Under the pieces are notes generated by a model. It did not search any database. It was not told the origin of the DNA and was given only the letters and a program-made list of their open reading frames with translations. A stretch of DNA of 39,556 nucleotides from Monosiga brevicollis MX1 (taxonomy: Eukaryota), in NCBI RefSeq assembly GCF_000002865.3, contig NW_001865092.1:15536-55091 (forward strand), written 5' to 3'. The position numbers and the translations under genes are program-made. Positions 11,316 to 24,689 of this stretch are shown here, one piece after another (the first letter of the stretch is position 1; every line of letters begins with the position of its first letter).

Positions 11316-12336
11316 AGGGAAGGGAGAAAGAGAGAGGTTTTGTACTGACGTTCGTCTTGGCTTTAGCATCAACACCGTGCTCCAAGAGCATCTCCACCAC
11401 CTTGACACGATTGCAACGAAAGGCATAGTGCAGTGGTGTATAGCCTTCCTGTGGGATGATGTATCAGCTTAACGTACAGGTACAGCATCATCATCATCAG
11501 CATCATGTGGTACAGGTGTACCATCATAGAGGGGGAGGAGGGAGGTCCTGTACTGACGTTTTCCTTGGCTTCAGCATCAGCACCGTGCTTCAACAGCATC
11601 TCCACCACCTTGACATCACCCGCACGGCAGGCCAAGTGCAGTGGTGTATAGCCAACCTGTGGAATGATGCCGATGCATAGGGTACAGGTACAGCGTCATC
11701 ATCATCATGTGGTACAGGTGCACCATCATAGGGAGAAGGGTAAAGGGGAGAAGAGGGAGGTACTGTACTGACGCCGGTCTTGGCTTTAGCGTCAGCACCG
11801 TGCTTCAACAGCATCTCCACCAGCTTGACTTGACCGTTAGAGCAAGCATAATGCAGTGGTGTCCAGTTTGCCTGTGGGATGATGCATCAGCATGACGTAC
11901 AGGTAAAGCATCATCATCATCGCCATGTGGTACAGGTGCACCATCACAGGGGCGGGGGGGTAAAGAGGGGAAGGGGGAGGTACTGTACTGACGCTGGTCT
12001 TGGCTTTAGCGTCAGCACCGTGCTTCAACAGCATCTCCACCACCTTGACTTGATCGTTAGAGCAGGCCAGGTGCAGTGCTGTCCAGCCAGCCTGTGAAAT
12101 GATGCAAACATGCAGTATTTGAAACATTGTTCATTCCACAACGTCACTGAACTTACATGTTAGTAAAACCAAACAGTGGTATGACACAACATCATACCAA
12201 ACAGGAGACGTACCGTATCTTTGTATTTGGCAGCATCTCGAATACGTTGGCGGTCCCAACTGTTCAACAGCTGCAGCGCCGCTTGTGGATCTGATGAATC
12301 ACATGCATCATACAGCTGCCTTCCCTCATCATCCAT
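10442..12336 (-). pseudogene. Modular ankyrin gene 2 (N-cap, 4 family repeats, 1 divergent repeat, long C-terminal module with lesions)
   Basis: Exons 12214-12336, 11993-12091, 11773-11871, 11558-11656, 11350-11448 and 10956-11060 are intact. Compared with gene 5, the 3' module has its acceptor CAG changed to CAC (10875) and frameshifts near 10795 and 10632. Confidence 0.75.
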
Positions 12337-12790
12337 GGTAACGTTATCTCTCTTCTTCAAACATCCACCACCAATCTCATGAGCCCCCTCCAACAACCCA
12401 AAATTCGGACTTGGATTCGACGGGGGGCGCGCACTTTTTAAAACGGCAGACGGCCAGCGGGTCTTTGCACTTCCCTGCCTGGTGCACCAAGCGACTCACC
12501 TCTGTCCAATAGTTCTGGTCACGTTTGCGAGCGCAGGTGTACTTGCTTGCCCAAGCGCACACTGACGACTGTGAGGCGAGATCAGCGACCCCACTAAAAA
12601 ACAAAAAAGTGGTTGCGATGCTCTCAATCAAAACGTTCGGCGTCGCCACAAGGCCCCCAACCAGGAGAATCCCGTACCGAGCACAAGCAATCAGTCACCA
12701 CACACAAAGCAAAACACGTCAAGCAGCCCGCCGATGCCGATATCGGGGAAGAAAGAAGAAGAAGAAGAAGGAATATCGAAAGCAAAATAG
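12337..12790 (-). promoter_or_regulatory. Conserved upstream module, copy 2
   Basis: Homologous to 2776-3350. Confidence 0.6.
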
Positions 12791-14810
12791 CCAATGCAAG
12801 CAGGACGTTTTCAGAGGAAGAAGAACAAAAATGCTTCTCCCCTCTTCATGTTTTCCCTTTGTTTCCCTCAAACCAAAATAGTCTTACAAGCAATTCTGAA
12901 GCGTTCGACGTGCATTGCTCTTTTACTTGCCATGTGGTAGCTTGAAAGCAGTCCGAGCCCATTGCAAGCAGGTTACAAAGCAACGCAAGACTGGAGCTTG
13001 GACGTAAAAACGCGGACTGCCCCTGTGCCAGCCATGACATTCCAAGCCCTCATTGGCTGCCCGAACAGCCCAATTGCATGCCCTCGCGGCACAGGTCTCT
13101 GGCAAGCTCACAAAGCGATACACCCCACACCACGAACCTCAGCGATTGAAGGCAAACGTACACCCTGTCTTGCCCGTGCCAGTCGGGGCCACGGCCAACA
13201 GCTAGCCGTGCCGGGCCGAGCCCGAGTCACAGCCCGCGCCAATCAGCACATGATCTCTATGAGACGCATAGCGCTTGGACCAGGCGTGCAAGAACACCAG
13301 CGGGATGATTAAAAATTTTTATGACGGCTAGTGGCATCAAGAAACTTGGCAAGAGGCTCGTCACTCCAAAGCCGTCGCTTTTCAGCTGCACGCGCCTCAC
13401 GAATTTTACATGACCTGCCTCTAGCTAACCCTCACTTGTTTTTTTGTTTTTTTTTGTGGCAGGAGCTGTGGTGGTGCGGGCGCTGGTGGGCTGCTCGCTC
13501 TCGAATACCGCATGACAATCATGCTCATTTTCATTTTGGACACGAGCAGGCTATATCTGGCTTTGATGATCAAGTACAAAGTGCTCGAGTCGCCATCACA
13601 GACTGGTCTGGTTTTCTGCGGTGCATTGTCCTCCACACGATCAGTGCTCGGCTCAAACCGTTGCAACGATGGCGCATCAGGTAAAGCGGGCTTCGGCACA
13701 TCCGGTATAGCAGGCTCCAACGCGTTGGGTGGTAGGCAGGTCCGTCACACTAAGTGGAGGCAGCTCTTGTTCATCAGGCTCAGGTAAATCTGGTACATCA
13801 GGGGTGTAGCCGGTTCCAGCGCACTAGGTGTAGCCGGCTGGTCCAACCCCTTGCATCAACCAATAGAACGCGCGCCCATCCAATTCTCAAGGCTCAGAAT
13901 AAAGATAACATGACATCAATTTTGTATTCTCGGGACGTTGGACGATCAGTTACTTCACAGGAACACCAATGGTCGGGCAACCGACCAGGTATTCCCATAC
14001 AAGCGACGCATTCGTCGAGGCGGGTCACGACTACAAAGAAGACAACGCAAGCCAAAAAAGAAAAGGAAAGATCGAACAAAAACATCAACAGCACGGCCTT
14101 ATGATGGCAAGAAGACAAACAAAAGCAGACAAGGTCGTAAACAAAAGAGCAAAAGTGCCCTGGTGGATGGACACAACGCACGACGCCACGCAAGACAAGA
14201 CAAATTTGAGGGACATGCGCTGGGAGGTGGGAGAGAGGAGCGCGCCTCGGGCCATTACGCGGTCCAGACACGCAGCGTCGTATCCCACGAGCCACCTCGC
14301 ATTCTTCACGCGCTTCCGGTGCTAATCCTAAAGTCCTCGTCCACCTGGGACCATCCTGTGGCACAGCACTACTGTCAGAAACACCCAGCGTTTCGCGCGC
14401 CAAAACTCGCAAAAATCACTCTTGCCCTCGACTCTGGCAGCAGGCATCATGGATAGCATTTTCAAAAGCAGGCCGCAGATGGGTTCCTCACCTTTCTCCA
14501 AGCAGCTGTGCTTGGTACCAAATCTGAACTGGCTGCGGTGCTCCTGGGCCTCGCTAGCGCGTCCATCAGCGCACGAGCGGTCGCGGTTCCCCATGGTCAA
14601 ATCGAGGAATTGTCTTGACAACAAACGGCAGCCCAACATGAGATCAGCAAGAATGGTCCATCCATGTCGGTCACGCGGCAATGCCGTTGGGCTACCCGTT
14701 CATCCCTGTCGTCGCTTGCACCTCGACAGCTCTTGCCCATCGCGCAACAGCGACAACTACGCACCACCAGGAGCGCGCGCGCCGCCCATGGCCCGCTTCA
14801 TCGTGGAACA

Positions 14811-15253
14811 TGCCTTGGGGCGATAAGCTTGCCACTACTGTTGTTTCTCCTTGTTGTGACACCTGCGGTTGGGCACGGGTTGCACTCTCCCTATCCTCGG
14901 GATTGAGCGACTCTACAGCTATTCTAACGGTGCACCTGGTCTGGTCACTGTGAATGCTTGCCGACCACAGGTACGTCAAGCCCCCTGCCATTCTGTCTTC
15001 TCCTTGCTCTCCTGTGTGCTCTGCCCTCTTGTGCACTTTCCCTAGAGCGGCTCTACAGCGATTCTAACGGTGCATCTCGTCTGGTTACTGTGAATGCTTG
15101 CCGACCGCAGCTGGTTCAATTGACCTCAAGACACCATCAAAGATTTCGCTCCGTCCCGACGGACATCTCTCAAACCTCTCTCAAAACGCTTCCTCAAACC
15201 TACGCGCTTCCTCGCAACCCAAAACCGGCCTCCAGACGTGCTGGAGCCTGACA
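14811..15253 (+). mobile_element. 5'-truncated LTR of the same chromovirus family
   Basis: Reverse-complement match to ~5685-6135, including the internal direct repeat. It ends in canonical ...CCTGACA. Confidence 0.82.
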
Positions 15254-15650
15254 ATAAATAAATTAACATGAAAAAAAAAAAAAAAGAAGAAGAAGAAGGA
15301 CATGAAGCACAGTCATCGAGCGCGCGCCTCGCACTTGTCCGACCAACTTTTCTTTAACGCGCGTTGGCCGTTAGGAATGGTCGCTCACATCCGGGTGGGG
15401 ATAAGATTGATATGACTGGAGTGGCAGTTAGCCAACGGGCTTGTAATGCCACGGCTGGCAAAGGGGCAGTACACGTTGTACGTACACAAGCCTCACTTTC
15501 GTGGTGCTCTAGAAGCTGCTCGTAACGGGGCCATGGCAGGCAAGGGGGCGGTACACGTTGTACGTACACAAGCTTAGACTTTGCTCGTAAGACTGTTGTT
15601 GCTTTGACCTTTCCCCCAAAGTACATGTAAAAAATTAAAGAAATGTAAAC

Positions 15651-16315
<665 letters not shown>

Positions 16316-18065
16316 ATGAGTGCTGATGGAAAGCAGCTGTGGTGTGCGTGCGATTCATCAGATCCACAAGAGGCGCTGCAGCTGGTGACCAGCTGGGACC
16401 AACAACGTATACGAGATGCTGCCCAGTACAAAGGTTTCGTACGTATGCTGTTTGGTATGATGATGTTGTGTGACATTGGTTACTTTTTGAATAATATGTC
16501 TTTGGATGAGGTGACGTTATGGTATAACATGGGACATGTACTGCATGTTTGCATCGTCCCACAGGATGGCTGGACACCACTGCACATGGCCTGCCGTAGC
16601 GGTCTTGACAAGGTGGTGGAGATGCTGTTGAAGCACGGTGCTGACACTAAAGCCAAGGACGAGGTCAGTACAGTACCTCCCTCTTTCCCCCATTACCCCC
16701 CTATGATGAGGGTGCACCTGTACCCCATGCTGATGATGATGATGCTGATGGTGCTGTACCTGTACGTCATGCTGATGCATCATCCCACAGGCTGGCATGA
16801 CACCACTGCACTATGCCTGCGGTAAGAATGATGCCAAGGTGGTGGAGATGCTGTTGAAGCACGGTGCTGATGCTGAAGCCAAGTCCAACGTCAGTACAGG
16901 ACCTCCCTCTTTTCCCCTTTACCCCCCTATGATGATGGTGCACCTGTACCCCATGCTGATGATGATGATGCTGATGATGCTGTACCTGTACGTCATGCTG
17001 ATGCATCATCCCACAGCGTGGCATGACACCACTGCACTATGCCTGCGGTAAGAATGATGCCAAGGTGGTGGAGATGCTGTTGAAGCACGGTGCTGATGCT
17101 GAAGCCAAGGAAAACGTCAGTACAGGACCTCCTTCTTTTCTCCCTCTACTCCCCCCTATGATGAGGGTGCACCTGTACCCCATGATGATGATGATGATGC
17201 TGGTGATGCTATACCTGTACGTCATGCTGATGCATCATCCCACAGTATGGCGATACACCACTGCACGAGGCCTGCCTTTACGGTCATGTGGAGGTGGTGG
17301 AGATGCTGTTGAAGCACGGTGCTGATGCCAAAGCCAAGGACAACGTCAGTACAGTCCCCCCCCTTGGCCCCCTTTACCCCTCTGGCTGCTGCTCCTGCTC
17401 CCGCTTTGCCCCCGTCCCTCCTCTCCTCTACACCCTGCCCACCCGTGCGCGTCCGTTCTCCGCCCTGGTTCCTTTTCTTCTTTCCCGCTATCCCTCTTCT
17501 TCTCCTGGTTTGCATCCGCCCGTTGTCAGTGCTCCCTGTTCCCTGCTGGTCTCTTCCGCCTGCCGTCCTCGCTCTCCCCTTTTCTGATCCATGTGGGCAT
17601 CACTCCACCCTTTGCCATCACGCTTCTGCCTCCCTCGTACGCCCAAGCGGCTTTCGGTGGCCGTGCCTTCACTTTTGCCCGGCACACGCGGCGTTTGTTT
17701 TCGTTTTTTTCTTTTTTTTTTTTTTTTTTCTTTTTTTTTTCTTTTTTTTCTCTCCAAGCGCGCCTCCTTTCGGACGCCTGCCACCTGCCTACCCCGTTTG
17801 TACACCTCCCTCGCGTGTGCCGTCTTCATCACATCTTTTTTGCATTGTAACCTCGTTTTTGTTATGAAGAAGCAAATGCACATGGCCCAACTCAACCCTC
17901 GCGTCGCTGTCCACCTCACACGCTTTGATCGCTTGGTTGTGGCCATGTCCTCAGGATGGCAAAACGCCCCTCGATCTGGGACGTAGATATGGCGACAAGT
18001 TGAGGCCCGTGTTTGCTGCTCACGAGGCCCGCCTGGCACAACCACCTATTGGACTACAAGCATAG
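16316..18065 (+). CDS. Modular ankyrin gene 3, complete: N-cap, 4 repeats, short C-cap (209 aa)
   Basis: Exons 16316-16438, 16565-16663, 16791-16889, 17017-17115, 17246-17344 and 17955-18065 ([36 protein letters not shown]). All junctions are phase 0 and GT-AG, and no lesions were found. Confidence 0.9.
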
Positions 18066-18379
18066 ACATATGTCTAGAAGCTGCTGGAACACACTGGAAG
18101 ATACCAGTCATGACTATCGTGTTCATCGACTGGAGGCTGATGTCTGATTATCCTTGACGGCTCAAGGAAGCCTGTAGAACATTGTGATTGTTCCTGCCAC
18201 CGAGATATAAGTACGGTCCCGTAGACCGGAAGTGGCAGTTTACTTTGTACTTTTCCCGTTTCTATTTCCTCCGTTTGCTTTGTGAATTGATCATATCCTA
18301 AAAGGTTATGGGCCTCGATGGACGCATGCTGACAATTCGTCTCGATCTGTGTTGTGGCTTCTAGCTCGCTGTGGTTGCG

Positions 18380-18640
18380 TTGCACCAGCTGGAGCTGTGA
18401 GAGCTGAGCTCGCCTGGAATGCCTGTGTCACTCAGCTGGAGTTGTACAAAGCCTGAGCTCACCGTGGATTGTGCCATCCGGTTGGAGCTGTGTGTAAAAT
18501 TTTTGAGCTCGCTTTGGTGCTTGTGCTGTCCGGTTGGAGCTGTGTGTAAAATTTTTGAGCTCGCCTTGGTGCTTGTGTCGCCTGTGGACTTTTAGCTCGC
18601 CCCCGAGTACTTGTGACGCTGGGCTGGAGCTGCGTACTTT
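18380..18640 (+). repeat. Degenerate minisatellite (GGAGCTGTGTGTAAAATTTTTGAGCTCGC core, ~52-bp period)
   Basis: Two near-exact copies at ~18478-18580, with weaker GGAGCTG/GAGCTCGC units on both sides. Confidence 0.7.
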
Positions 18641-18679
18641 GGTGCCTGTGACACCTTACCGAGAACAAGGAGATTTCAT

Positions 18680-18954
18680 TCATCATCATCATCATGTGAT
18701 ACAGGTGCGGGCACCATCATAGGGGAGTCAAGGGGGGAAGAGGGAGGTACTGTACTGACATAGCCCTTGGCTTTCGTATCAAACAGCATCTCCACCACCT
18801 TGACATGACCGTGATAGCAGGCCCCACCACCTTTGTATTGGGCAGCGTCTAGAATTTGCTGTTGGTCCCAATACTCCAACAGCTGCAGCGCCTTTTGTGG
18901 ATCTGGTGAAAAACATGCCCCATACAGATGCCTTCCATCAGCATCATCACTCAT
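18680..18954 (-). pseudogene. Modular ankyrin gene 4, internally deleted and 3'-truncated
   Basis: The N-cap (MSDDADGRHLYGACFSPDPQKALQLLEYWDQQQILDAAQYK) is fused without an intron to [28 protein letters not shown] donor at 18759 is followed by a family intron that breaks off near 18680. Confidence 0.8.
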
Positions 18955-19440
18955 GATAGATGGTATCGCTCTCTATATACCATCCGCTTCAAGCAGCTTT
19001 TTGCTTCTCTACCCACCACCAATCTCATAAGCCCCTCCAGCACGTTTGACAACTCAAAGTTTATTATGATATTGAGATTCGTTTCCAAAACGGCAGCCGG
19101 TCAGCGGGTCTTGCCTGCCTGATGCAACAAACGACTCACCTCTGGTCGATTGTTCTTGGTGACAGTTGCGAAGACAGGTGTACTTGGTTTGCCCAAGCGC
19201 ACGCTGACGACTGTGAGGCGAGATCAGTGGCACTCACACCACGGGAAAAAAAAGTGGCAGCAATGCGCTCAACCAAACGTTCAGGCGTCGCCACAAGGCC
19301 CCGACCAGGATATTCCCGTACCGAGCACAAGCAATCAAGCACCACACGCAAAGCAAGACTCGTCAAGCAACCTCCCGATGCCGATGTCGATACCGATGCC
19401 AAGCAGAAGAGCCAAAAGCAGAAGAGTTGACGAAGAAAAT
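18955..19440 (-). promoter_or_regulatory. Conserved upstream module, copy 4
   Basis: Homologous to 2776-3350. Confidence 0.55.
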
Positions 19441-20169
19441 GCAAAGAACATGTGCGCACACGTGTAATGCCTGTCTGCCAGCCGTGGCAGCTGGTCAGCA
19501 TCCCAAGCCCGTCGGCGAGCCGCTTTAACGCTGCCGACCAGATCGAACATCTCCTCAACCAGATGCGAGCGACCATTTCCGACGACGAGCGCGCCAACTT
19601 GATTTCTTGGGTGCCAACTCTTGTCCAAAAGAAACATGCAGTGACTCATTGCGTTGCCCCTCCTCCGTAGTGCTGGACAGCTTGGGCGAGGTTCGGGTTC
19701 TCCCAGAGTACCCATTCCAATCATGACCACTCTACCAGAAGCAACCAAAGTAGGAGATTAAAGCAATTTTTCTTGGTCTCGAAATCTGAGCAGCTGCTGC
19801 CTTAACCAGCAATCGAGCCACGTGATCGCGCTCATCACGATCGCTGGCTTGTTGGGCATTCCAGAGCACATGGCAGGGCGAGCGCGCCTCGCGCTCACGA
19901 TGTTGGTGCTTCTTGTGCTTCTTCTCTTTTTCTTTTTCTTTTTTAAGTTCGCGCTTGCTCTGGTCACTCCCGCAGCCGCCGCTACCGAGACACAATTGTC
20001 ATCATTCGATGTCATGGTAAATCAAAACGGAGCGGTTACCCGCTCTTTTTCGATGGTTGCTGGACTGGTCTGCTTCAGACGTTTGGCAAAGCCCGCCCTG
20101 CCCGTTGACTTTATTTTCTGATTGCATAGCGATCGACAAGCCAACCACAAGCGCCACACATTTCAATTT

Positions 20170-21946
20170 TCAAAGTCCTACTTGAGCAGCGGACGTTCGA
20201 GCGGCCAGGTCACCAAGGGCTTGTAGGTCTTGGATATCGAACAATCGAGGATCAACGCGCCAGCCGACGCTACAGAGAACAGCAACAGCGCGCCGCCAGC
20301 GTCTGATCTGCTCCGCATGGATCAAGCCTTGGACTGGCGCCACGTTGAAATCCGATGAGAGCAAGACAATGCGAACAATCAGATGGGAATCAGGTGCGCA
20401 CCATTGGAATTCGAAGTTCGGTAGGAGCAAGGGGTACGGGTTACGCTCAACAGCTCTGCAACCACCTATAAAGTGAAACAGTTTCATCGGTCAGCAAGCT
20501 TGCCTCAGCAATGTAACCAAAATAAACAAAAAAAAAAGACCCACATCCAGCTTGATGCGATCCCTGCGAAGGACCAGATCCAAGGGTCGTGCACCCGCCT
20601 GCCACAGAAGGCCATCAGGTATCAATCGCAGGTGCAGCAGAAGAGCGGAAAAGCACGGCATCATGATAAAGAGCTTACGAGATCTCTCGCATTCGGGTCG
20701 GCACCGTGCCGCAAGAGTTGCTGGATACCCTCTCGGCTGGCAGACAAGGCAGTGCAGGTCACATGGAGCGGCGTTTGGCCGTCCTATATTATAATCATGT
20801 TCGGGAACATGAGGAACGAGCTCTTACCAAGGGAGGAGGCAACACAATACATTCAATTTTAGACGGCAAATAGCGCAATTAACGTGATTGGTGATGTTGG
20901 GGTCTACATTGTGACTCAACAAACTTTGTACCGCCTTCATGCTACCACCTTGGCAGGCAGCGTGTAATGATGTCGCTCCATCCTAGCCGCAAAAACAAAT
21001 TCATCAGACAGAGACAGGCATAAGCAACAAACTGGCCTTTTCAACATATGAGGGGGCACGTAAGAAGCTTCTTACACGATTTCTCGCGTTGGCGTCTGCA
21101 CCATGACTTAGAAGGATCGAAGTGATCTCGGCGTGATCATAGTCACAGGCGATGTGAAGTGGTGTGTTTTCACGCTGCCGAGGCATTGGATGGCCAGCAG
21201 CGGCATCGTTTGAGCAAGACGGACACGCACGCAGCCCAAGACAAAGGGTCTGGATGAGCCAGTGGAATCCAGGACATTGCAAGCCCGAGCGAAGAAGGTG
21301 CGGCACAAGGTTCATGGCCAAGTAGAATCACAAACCCAATCCTTGACTTCAACATTGGCGTGGTGCTCCAGAAGTAGCTGTAAGATCTTCACATAGTTGC
21401 CATGGCAGGCTTTGTGCACCGGTGCGCAGCCATTCTTTTTTTTTTTTTTTTTCCAGGCAGGGTGGGGAAAGGGTGAGCGTTGGGTGAGCCTGGGTAAAGC
21501 AGAAGAAACGACTACTCAAAGCCGCTTGAGCGTGCGAGGGAGGCAGGAGCACGATGGCGAGAGATAGAATAGTGCCCGGTTTGAAGTCACGACATCAGAA
21601 GGGGACGCCGGTGTAGATACAGTGGGACAGGGCGGGGTGCAAGGAGCGTGTGCAAAAGGGTGGACGGAAAATGGGAACAGAAGAGGGATAGCGGGAAAGA
21701 AGAAAAGGAGCAAGGGCAGAACGGACGCGCACGGTGGGCAGGGTGTAGAAGAACGAGGGACGGGACAAAGACGACGAGCAGCGGGAGCAGCAGCAGCAGC
21801 CAGAGGGAGGGGGGAAGGGAGGCACTGTACTGACCCTGTCCTGGGCTTTAGCATCAGCGCCGTGCTTCAACAACATGTCCACCACCTTGACATCACCCTT
21901 TTCGCAGGCACAGAGCAGTGGTGTAATGCCATGCTGTGGGATATGC

Positions 21947-21985
<39 letters not shown>

Positions 21986-22744
21986 TACCATCATGTGGTA
22001 CAGCTATACCATCATAGGGGGGCTAAAGGGGGACGAGGCACTGTACTGACCCTGCCCTTGGCTTTAGCATCAGCACCGTGCTTCAACAACATCTCCACCA
22101 CCTTGCCATCACCGTAAAGGCAGGCATAGTGTAGTGCTGAAAAGCCATTCTGTGGGATGATGCATCAGCGTTACGTACACGTACAGCAGCATCATCATAT
22201 GGTACAGCTGAAGGGGGGTAAAGGGGGAAAGAGGTACTGACCTCGATTTTGACTTTTGCATCAACACCGTGCTTCAACAGCATCTCCACCACCTCGACGC
22301 GATCGCTGCGGCAGGCTTTGTGTAGTGGTGTCCAGCCAGACTGTGGGATCATGCATCAGCAGTCATCACCATCATCAACCGTGTGGTACAGGTGTATACC
22401 ATCGAAGGAGGACAAAAGGGGTTACTGTACTGACGTAGCTCTTGGCTTCAGCATCAACACCGTGCTTCAACAGCGTCTCCACCACCTCGATGTGACCGTT
22501 AAGGCAGGCATAGTGTAGCGGTGAAAAGTCACCCTGTGGGATGATGCATGTCTCATGTTATACCATACTTTCAGAAGGTATATATCACACACCACATCAT
22601 GCCAAACAGTATACGACGTACCTCATTTTTGTATTGGGCAGCATGACGAATACGTTGTTCGTCCCAACTGTTCAACAGCCGCAGCGCCTTGTGTGGATCA
22701 TAGTAATAACACGCATCAAACAGCTGCACTCCATCATCATTCAT
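20170..22744 (-). CDS. Modular ankyrin gene 5 (N-cap, 4 family repeats, 4 divergent repeats, long C-terminal module with an in-frame TGA)
   Basis: N-cap exon 22622-22744. 99-bp exons at 22435-22533, 22242-22340, 22051-22149, 21835-21933, 21336-21434, 21076-21174 and 20884-20982, then 20679-20783 (105 bp). The last exon starts at 20598, has TGA at 20491-20493 and is then open to 20170. Confidence 0.8.
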
Positions 22745-23260
22745 GGTAACGGTATCTCTCGATCACCATCCGCTTCAAAACCGCTTGATCCACTTCAAAT
22801 CCGCTTGATGCTTCCTCTATCCACCATCAATCTCGTGAGCCCCCTCCATCTGTCAACCCAAAATTCGGACTGGGAGTCGACGTGTCCAAAACGGCAGCCG
22901 GTCAGCGGGTCTTTGCTCTCCTCTGCCTGAACCGCCAAACGACTCACCTTTGGCCAAAAGTTCTGGGTCACATTCACGAGCACAGGTGTATTTGCTCGCC
23001 CAAGCGCCCGCGACGACTGCGAGGCGAGATCAGTGGAAAAAAAAAAAAAAAGAGTGGCAGCGATACTCCCAACCAAACGGTCTGGCGTCGCCACACAAAG
23101 CCCCACCCAATCAGGAGATTGCCCGTACCAACCACAAGCGATCAGTCACCACACACCAAGCAAGAGGCGTCGAGCAGCCCGCCGATGCCAATGTCGATCC
23201 CGATGCCAAACAGAAGCAAGCAGCAGAAGAAGAAGAAGAAGTTAAAAGCAAAAGCCACAA
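22745..23260 (-). promoter_or_regulatory. Conserved upstream module, copy 5
   Basis: Homologous to 2776-3350. Confidence 0.55.
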
Positions 23261-23420
23261 GGCGGAAGGGGGGTTTGGCTATATTTTTTTTCAAGGTAGA
23301 AAATTTAAATCTTTAGTAAATTCTGCTTGGGTTGACAGACTTTTTTCAAGGTAGAAAAATTTAAATATTATTGACATGGAATTGGTTTTTATTTAAAGTT
23401 TTATTTTTTAAATCATCGTC

Positions 23421-24689
23421 ATGAAGGGGACGCTGTGGACCGCGGTGCGCTGCTGGGTGCTGATCGGCAGCAGCTTTCTTGTCTGGGCCCTTGCTGTGGA
23501 TGTGATCGAGCCCAGCATCAGTGTCGATGCCGAAGGCACGCTGTTCATCAATGCCAGCAACCGCGTTGTGCTCAACGGCGTTGATGTGCTGGAACGTCTC
23601 AAGTCTCTGACAGTCTTCAGTCCGAGCACGTTCAGGGGTTACACCATCACCAGTGCCGCTGCCGGTGCCAGCTCGGCATACGCGGCAGACCTGGACAAGG
23701 ATGGCCACCTCGATGTCCTGAGCGCCAGCCACGATGACGGCAAGATTGCGTGGTACCACAACAACGGTAACGGTGCCTTTTCCGCGCAGATGGTCATCAC
23801 GGAGGCCGCAATCGGAGCGGCCTGCGTGCACGCAGCAGACCTGGACAACGACGGTCATTCCGACGTTCTAAGCGCCAGCCAAAACGACGATAAGATTGCG
23901 TGGTACCGCAACCATGGCAATGGCACCTTTTCCACCCAGCGCGTCATCACCGCAGAAGCCGACGGGGCCTGGTCGGTGTACGCGGCAGACTTGGACAATG
24001 ACGGTAACCTCGATGTTCTCAGCGCCAGCCGGGACGACAACAAGATCGCATGGTACCAGAATAATGGCAACGGCACCTTTTCCAGCCAAATTGTCATCAG
24101 CACGACCTCGGGTACCGCGTTCTCCGTCTACGCGGCAGACTTGAACAACGACAGCTATCCCGATGTTCTCAGCGCAAACTCCGCCGACGGCGATAAGATT
24201 GCGTGGTACCGCAACAATGGCAACGGAACCTTCTCCGACCAAATTGTCATCACCACCGCTGCCGATGGTGCATGCTCGGTGTACGCGGCAGACTTGGACA
24301 ATGACGGTGACCTCGACGTTCTCAGCGCCAGCCGGCACGACAACAAGATTGCGTGGTACCGCAACCACGGCGACGGCAACTTTTCCACGCCGATCGCCAT
24401 CACCACAGCCGCTGAAAGTGCATTTTCGGTGTATGCAGCGGACTTGGACAGCGATGGCCATGTCGATGTCCTCAGCGCCAGCTATGGCGACAATACGATT
24501 GCGTGGTACCGCAACAACGGTGACGGCTCCTTTTCCACCCGAATTGTCATCACGACCGCCGCCGACTTTGCGTGGTTTGCATATGCGGCGGACCTGGACA
24601 ACGATGGCGACCTCGACGTCCTCAGCGCCAGTCGAAACGACGACAGGATTGCGTGGTACGCCAATCAGTGGAGCGACATGTTTTCTTAG
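23421..24689 (+). CDS. Secreted FG-GAP/VCBS-like repeat protein, predicted 7-bladed beta-propeller (422 aa, intronless)
   Basis: Signal peptide followed by seven ~50-aa repeats of (V)YAADLDxDGxxDVLSASxxDxKIAWYxNxGxGxFS, each with a DxDxDG Ca-binding-type loop. Confidence 0.92.
   Translation: MKGTLWTAVRCWVLIGSSFLVWALAVDVIEPSISVDAEGTLFINASNRVVLNGVDVLERLKSLTVFSPSTFRGYTITSAAAGASSAYAADLDKDGHLDVLSASHDDGKIAWYHNNGNGAFSAQMVITEAAIGAACVHAADLDNDGHSDVLSASQNDDKIAWYRNHGNGTFSTQRVITAEADGAWSVYAADLDNDGNLDVLSASRDDNKIAWYQNNGNGTFSSQIVISTTSGTAFSVYAADLNNDSYPDVLSANSADGDKIAWYRNNGNGTFSDQIVITTAADGACSVYAADLDNDGDLDVLSASRHDNKIAWYRNHGDGNFSTPIAITTAAESAFSVYAADLDSDGHVDVLSASYGDNTIAWYRNNGDGSFSTRIVITTAADFAWFAYAADLDNDGDLDVLSASRNDDRIAWYANQWSDMFS

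Noticed and set aside
14373..15253. TGTCAG...CTGACA inverted termini suggesting an 881-bp solo LTR
   Set aside because: There is no target-site duplication (ACTAC versus ATAAA), and homology to the other LTR begins only near 14811.
20491..20493. In-frame TGA in gene 5 as a programmed Trp or Sec recoding site
   Set aside because: The paralogous codon in gene 2 is TCA (Ser), so a simple nonsense mutation is more parsimonious.
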